A DNA stretch of 64,000 bases from Phyllobates terribilis (taxonomy: Eukaryota). Under the pieces are notes generated by a model. That model was not told the origin of the DNA. It saw only the letters and a list, made by a program, of their open reading frames with translations, and did not search any database. How positions within the stretch are numbered: position 1 is the stretch's first letter; each line of letters opens with the position of its first letter. Location: positions 145,390,001-145,454,000 of the forward strand of contig NW_027362768.1 in the NCBI RefSeq assembly GCF_046119375.1, in the 5' to 3' direction. Position numbers and translations under genes: made by a program. Shown here piece after piece: positions 59,497-64,000 of the stretch.

Positions 59497-60698
59497 GTAA
59501 AATAAAATATTGTTGTGTCTCCTTCGTTTTTTGGGGCATATTGGATTTTTTTTTTTTTTGCATTTTTGCGTTGTTTATATATTTTTTGCAAAATTGTAAG
59601 ATGTGATATTGTAAAAGATCTGGAACACAATAGCATTGGTGTCTCTTGCACCACAACTATGGAACCCAATAACTATGGTGGCTGGGGTCAACTCACACCA
59701 TCCAAAAGTATCAGTTTTGTATTCGCACTGTAAGAACCATGTATAACACAGAGCTCTTTCATTATTCCTAATCTTAAGGGATGGGTGGTTATATGAGCGG
59801 CCATTGGATTGCCAGGGGTGTATGGTATAGGCAAATGATGGATCAATTTTGATTTCAACCACGGTTTCGATAGTAATTAATAACTATGTTCACCTTTCCA
59901 CAGATTTTTTTGGGAACGTGCTCATCGGACAGCACACTGTTCCAATAATAACTAGCATGCCCGTGCAACAGGCTCGGTTTGGCCCATAAGGGAACAGTGA
60001 AATTCCCCGGTGGGCCTGTGTGCAGACATGAGCCCTCAACCTCACTGTATGGGCAGTACTTGGCATAATTCACTTGATTCACTTGGTACATAAAAGCAGC
60101 ATATTATCATTCATTTACCAAAATACCCAGTTTATTATTATATAGAGGTATAGGTAAATTTGTGAACAAGGGTAGTGTAATATTTGCATGCAGGTGAATA
60201 ATGGGCCCCTCAAAGTCACTGTTACTGGTAGGCCTTTGGCATCCCAGTCCGACACTGCCTGTGCACACCAAGAATTTTTCACGTCTTGATGAAAAAAAAA
60301 ACGCAGCGTGCACTCGTCTGTTCCGATTTACAAATCAGACCAGAGCAAGTCAATAACAGACATCTCCCAATATTGTTGGGCTCAGCATCCCTTGCAATGA
60401 ACAGTAAAACTGGGTGTATGCTCCACGGCTTCATTGGCGCATTTGTGCATGGCCAAGGAGTTTGAACGCTATAGATCAGTTTTAAAATGAATTTTATGAT
60501 CATATGAAAATCTATAAGCTACGAAAAGGGGCTTGTTAGAAAGTATATAAAGGGTTCAGTAAAGATATTTTGCGGTTTGGGGGTGCCTGTGGAAGCCAAA
60601 AGGTTCCCTTTAATTAAAGGTTACCAGTAACATATGACAAAATTATTTCTTCAATTTAAAATGTGTCCATAGGCTTTATATATTCAGTTTTAAATCAA

Positions 60699-61228
60699 TT
60701 AAAGAGAGTCTGTCAGTAAGTTCAAGAGCCCAAAAGGGATATATGGTCATGCTGCAATTGGAAATGTAAATCCATCGGCACCTTTATATCTTCTATGTGT
60801 TTCTGCATTCCCGAAAAATTAGTGTTTCAATTCTTATGTAAATGAGGTGTTTAGTTCTCTGGGCCTGAAAGAGCACTTAAAAGGTCACTGCCTTTAGGGC
60901 TTGCTCCCTGACCCAGCACCAGCCTCTTTAGCTTGATTGATAGGACACTGTGTGATATCCGGCACCAGGCTGCCAATCAAGCTAAAGAGGCTGGTCCTCA
61001 GCGGAAGAACAAGCTCTAGTGCCCATGGCTTGATAAGTGCTCAGTCAGGCCCAGAGCACGTAACATCTCATTTTCATAGGAACTAAAAAGCTAATTTCTC
61101 GGGAATGCAGAAACAGATAGATATAAAGGTGTCGATGGATTTACATTTCCATGGACTGCATGCCCATATAATCCATTTTGTTTTGAGGGTTCAGAGGGCG
61201 GTTGACTTTACTGACAGATTCCCTTTAA
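60699..61228. mobile_element. TTAA-flanked palindromic MITE
   Basis: TTAAAGAGAGTCTGTCAGTAAG ... TTTACTGACAGATTCCCTTTAA. Confidence 0.75.
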
Positions 61229-63552
61229 ATGCATTTCCCAGGGAATACATATAAATGACCTGTGCTTAGAACAGATCATTAATTTTGATCCATAAGGTCC
61301 AATCACGGAAGACAGCTGATCAGCACAATGAATCTGCATGTCTTCTTCAATGTTTACATAGGCAACAAAGTAATAAAAATAAAATATTACTAACCTTTCC
61401 TAAGACCATCAATATTGAAATCCCTTTAAAGCTGCAGCATTCACCAAGGCACAGGAAGAGAGTGGGCATTGTGTCCCTTCACTCTGACGCGCGTTTCGCC
61501 TTGCTTCTTCCTGGGGTGGCCCGGCTGCTGCAGGTAAATTTATACCAACCTCTATTTTTACTTACATCTCGGGCATGGTGATGGAGGGTGATCGAGAGTT
61601 TAGGCAGGCGTCTTAAAGGGGAATCATAGAATTTTTAATAAACCTTTTGACTGTAACATATTGTCACCCCTTAATCTGACACTATGCCATATACTTGATT
61701 AGTCACCAAGTATCAAATGCCGAGTGTGTCAGAGACATAAGAGAGATGACACCGGGGAGATCACGCAATATCTCGCTGTTGCCGTCACTCTGTCAGGATT
61801 TCATCAGGGATCTGCAAGCACTCAGTCCCCACTACTCACTATGTAGGTATCGGCAAGCGACCAGTGAGCGTATGGCGTCACACCTCTGGATTCCATTGCA
61901 TGGAATATGTGTATACGCCCCCTATATGGTCACTGTCCGCTTCACGATAGCCCAATTATTATTATTCTCTGCCACCACTGGCCAGATTTGAAATATAATA
62001 CAGGCCTGGTTGGACGCCTGCGTTCTGGTAGCGTATATGGCTTCGGGGTAGGGAACGATTACAGGACAAAAGAAGCAGAACTATTAAATTTTATATTTAA
62101 TCCCAAAGGGAGGCAGTGTTATGAAAAATATACAAAATTTTACAAATGGACATTTACAATACAGAATAGACAGTTACATAAAATAAACAGGATTACAGAA
62201 GAAACTTACTATAGAGTTTGCAGGGACGAATCAGTATAGCTGGAGGAGGGGCTCCCCAATTTGATTTGAGGTTTACCAAACGCGATCCCTTGCTTATAGT
62301 ATCTATACCCCCCTGGAAAAGAATGCTCATCTATCCTCCGTGGACTCTTTTATGCCTAAGGGAAGATCTGCCCACACACCCCGTGTGCTGACATCACGGG
62401 GCTGGACTTTAGCCTGCACATTTTATTTAAGATATCTGGTTCTTGGGATAACTTATCACTGGTTGATCCCAGAAGCCCAAAAGTGATACCATATTTTCTA
62501 TTGTGATTTTACCTTCATTTAGAGACCACACATGGCGAAGCTGCAATCCTTTATTCTTGTGCTCTTGTGCTACAGCTCCCCGGAGGGGCTTAAGGCTATG
62601 AAAAAATAAGCATCTTTTTCTATGGCTGACCCTGCCACTAAAAACATGAGTCCCCTTATTATCAGAGTTATGGAACTTGAACTATTCCATATTTCGGTGC
62701 TGGGCGTCCTGGGACCCTCTATTAATTTCCCTTCTTGGTCCTGGGAAGCAAGCTTCAACAGCTACGTGTAAATTGATTGAAAGACGGTGTCTAATCATCC
62801 CCTGCCGCTGCCAGGGGAGAAAGACCCTCACATTTTAATTAGGTTATAGCTTTACAACTCACTTCTGCTGTAGTTGATAATTTGCGGAGACACAAATACT
62901 GGACTGTCAGCTCTTCTGTTGTGACAAATGGTAGATAAGGCAGGGGTGAAGAGAGGTTTGGGAGAAATGGTTCATATTTTCTCAATATCTCCCTGACAGA
63001 GTGTATTTTGTGTTCCTTTTTTTGAAGCATTCCCTTATACACTTTTTTATGTCTTTTTATTAATTTGGATTAATAAACTATTTATATTTTAGTTATTATG
63101 GATCTCTTCTATTCTTGGGTAAAAATTGGGTACCTTGGAAAATAGGTTGTTACATTATTGATTGAAGTGCCATACCTTAATAATTATGAACATTGCTGGT
63201 AATCATTTTTATATATAATGTTTGGAAATTCTAAGTTTAAAAGAGGAAAGTCTTTTGTACATGATCCTCCTCTCTTATCCAGTGTAAAAAATGGCTGCAA
63301 AGAGTATCTCTCATTGCACAGGCAGTCCATTAATGTGAATGGGCACTGTGTAATGCTTAATTTCCTATATGGTGGCGCTGCAGGGATATATAACCCAGCC
63401 AGGTTTCCCCTATAGACTACAGCTGGGGGTCTTGGCATGGAGATACTCTGAAAATCAGGTTATTGTTAGATAACCCTTCTAACGGTCCATGAAACATGGA
63501 CCGTGCTCGGATCGCAATACCAAGCTCAGAGGGTCTCCTGATCTGAGGCATA

Positions 63553-64000
63553 CAGTGGCTTGTGAAAGTATTCACCCCCTCCCTCTTGGCATTTTTCATG
63601 TTTTGCTGCCTCACAACCTGGAATTTCACTGTATTTTGGAGGGTTTGCATCAGTTCAAGTAAAGAACATGCCTACAACTGTGAATATTTGTTTTTTTTTT
63701 TATTGTGAAGCAAAAAACAAATAGGACAAAAAACTGAAAACTTCAGTGTGCATAACTATTCACCCCCCTATAGTCAGTACTTTTGTAGAGCCTCCTTTTG
63801 CGGCAATTACAGCTGCAAGTCACTTTGGATAAGTCTCTGAGTTTTCCACATCTTGCCACTGGGATTTTTGCGAATTCCTCAAGGCAAAACTGCTCCAGCT
63901 CCATCAAGTTAGATGGTTTCCTCTGGTGAACATCAATCTTCAAGTCTGACCACAGATTCCCTATTAGATTAAGGTCTGGGCTGTGACTAGGCCACTCCAA
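63553..64000 (-). mobile_element. Tc1 transposon end (runs off window)
   Basis: TA|CAGTGGCTTGTGAAAGTATTCACCCCC terminus; minus-strand WPSHSPDLNLIGNLW transposase C-terminus. Confidence 0.9.

Noticed and set aside
61476-61520. Another hammerhead-like motif (GAAACGCGCGTC on -)
   Set aside because: CTGANGA core absent and stem I poorly paired; too degenerate to call.
62480-62760. Possible LINE coding remnant
   Set aside because: No diagnostic motif recognisable by eye.

Overview
Repeat-rich vertebrate DNA, by its transposon content almost certainly a frog (anuran). Three host genes can be reconstructed from splice sites and protein motifs. czib is complete (+, 8 coding exons, 18264-27724, 160 aa). 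cpt2 has a complete CDS (-, 5 coding exons, 47673-34384, 660 aa). slc1a7/EAAT5 is represented by its first two coding exons (+, 58060-59496) and continues beyond the window. The rest is layered mobile DNA: a near-intact chromodomain Gypsy (Sushi/Tf1-like) LTR retrotransposon, several Tc1 copies, a frameshifted piggyBac plus a related MITE end, CR1/L2/RTE/Penelope/Ngaro-like remnants, two solo LTRs with TSDs, V-type SINEs, TTAA MITEs and several minisatellites. Most notable: (1) a tRNA-independent self-priming signature, a -1 frameshift pseudoknot and a 9-hairpin array in the Gypsy element; (2) a ~650-bp fold-back centred on the 3' half of U6 snRNA inside a cpt2 intron; (3) an apparent pre-tRNA-Asp/SINE chimeric insertion; (4) decayed hammerhead-ribozyme-like motifs in Penelope-like inserts. 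All alignments were done by eye and homologies are from recalled family knowledge; no database search was run.
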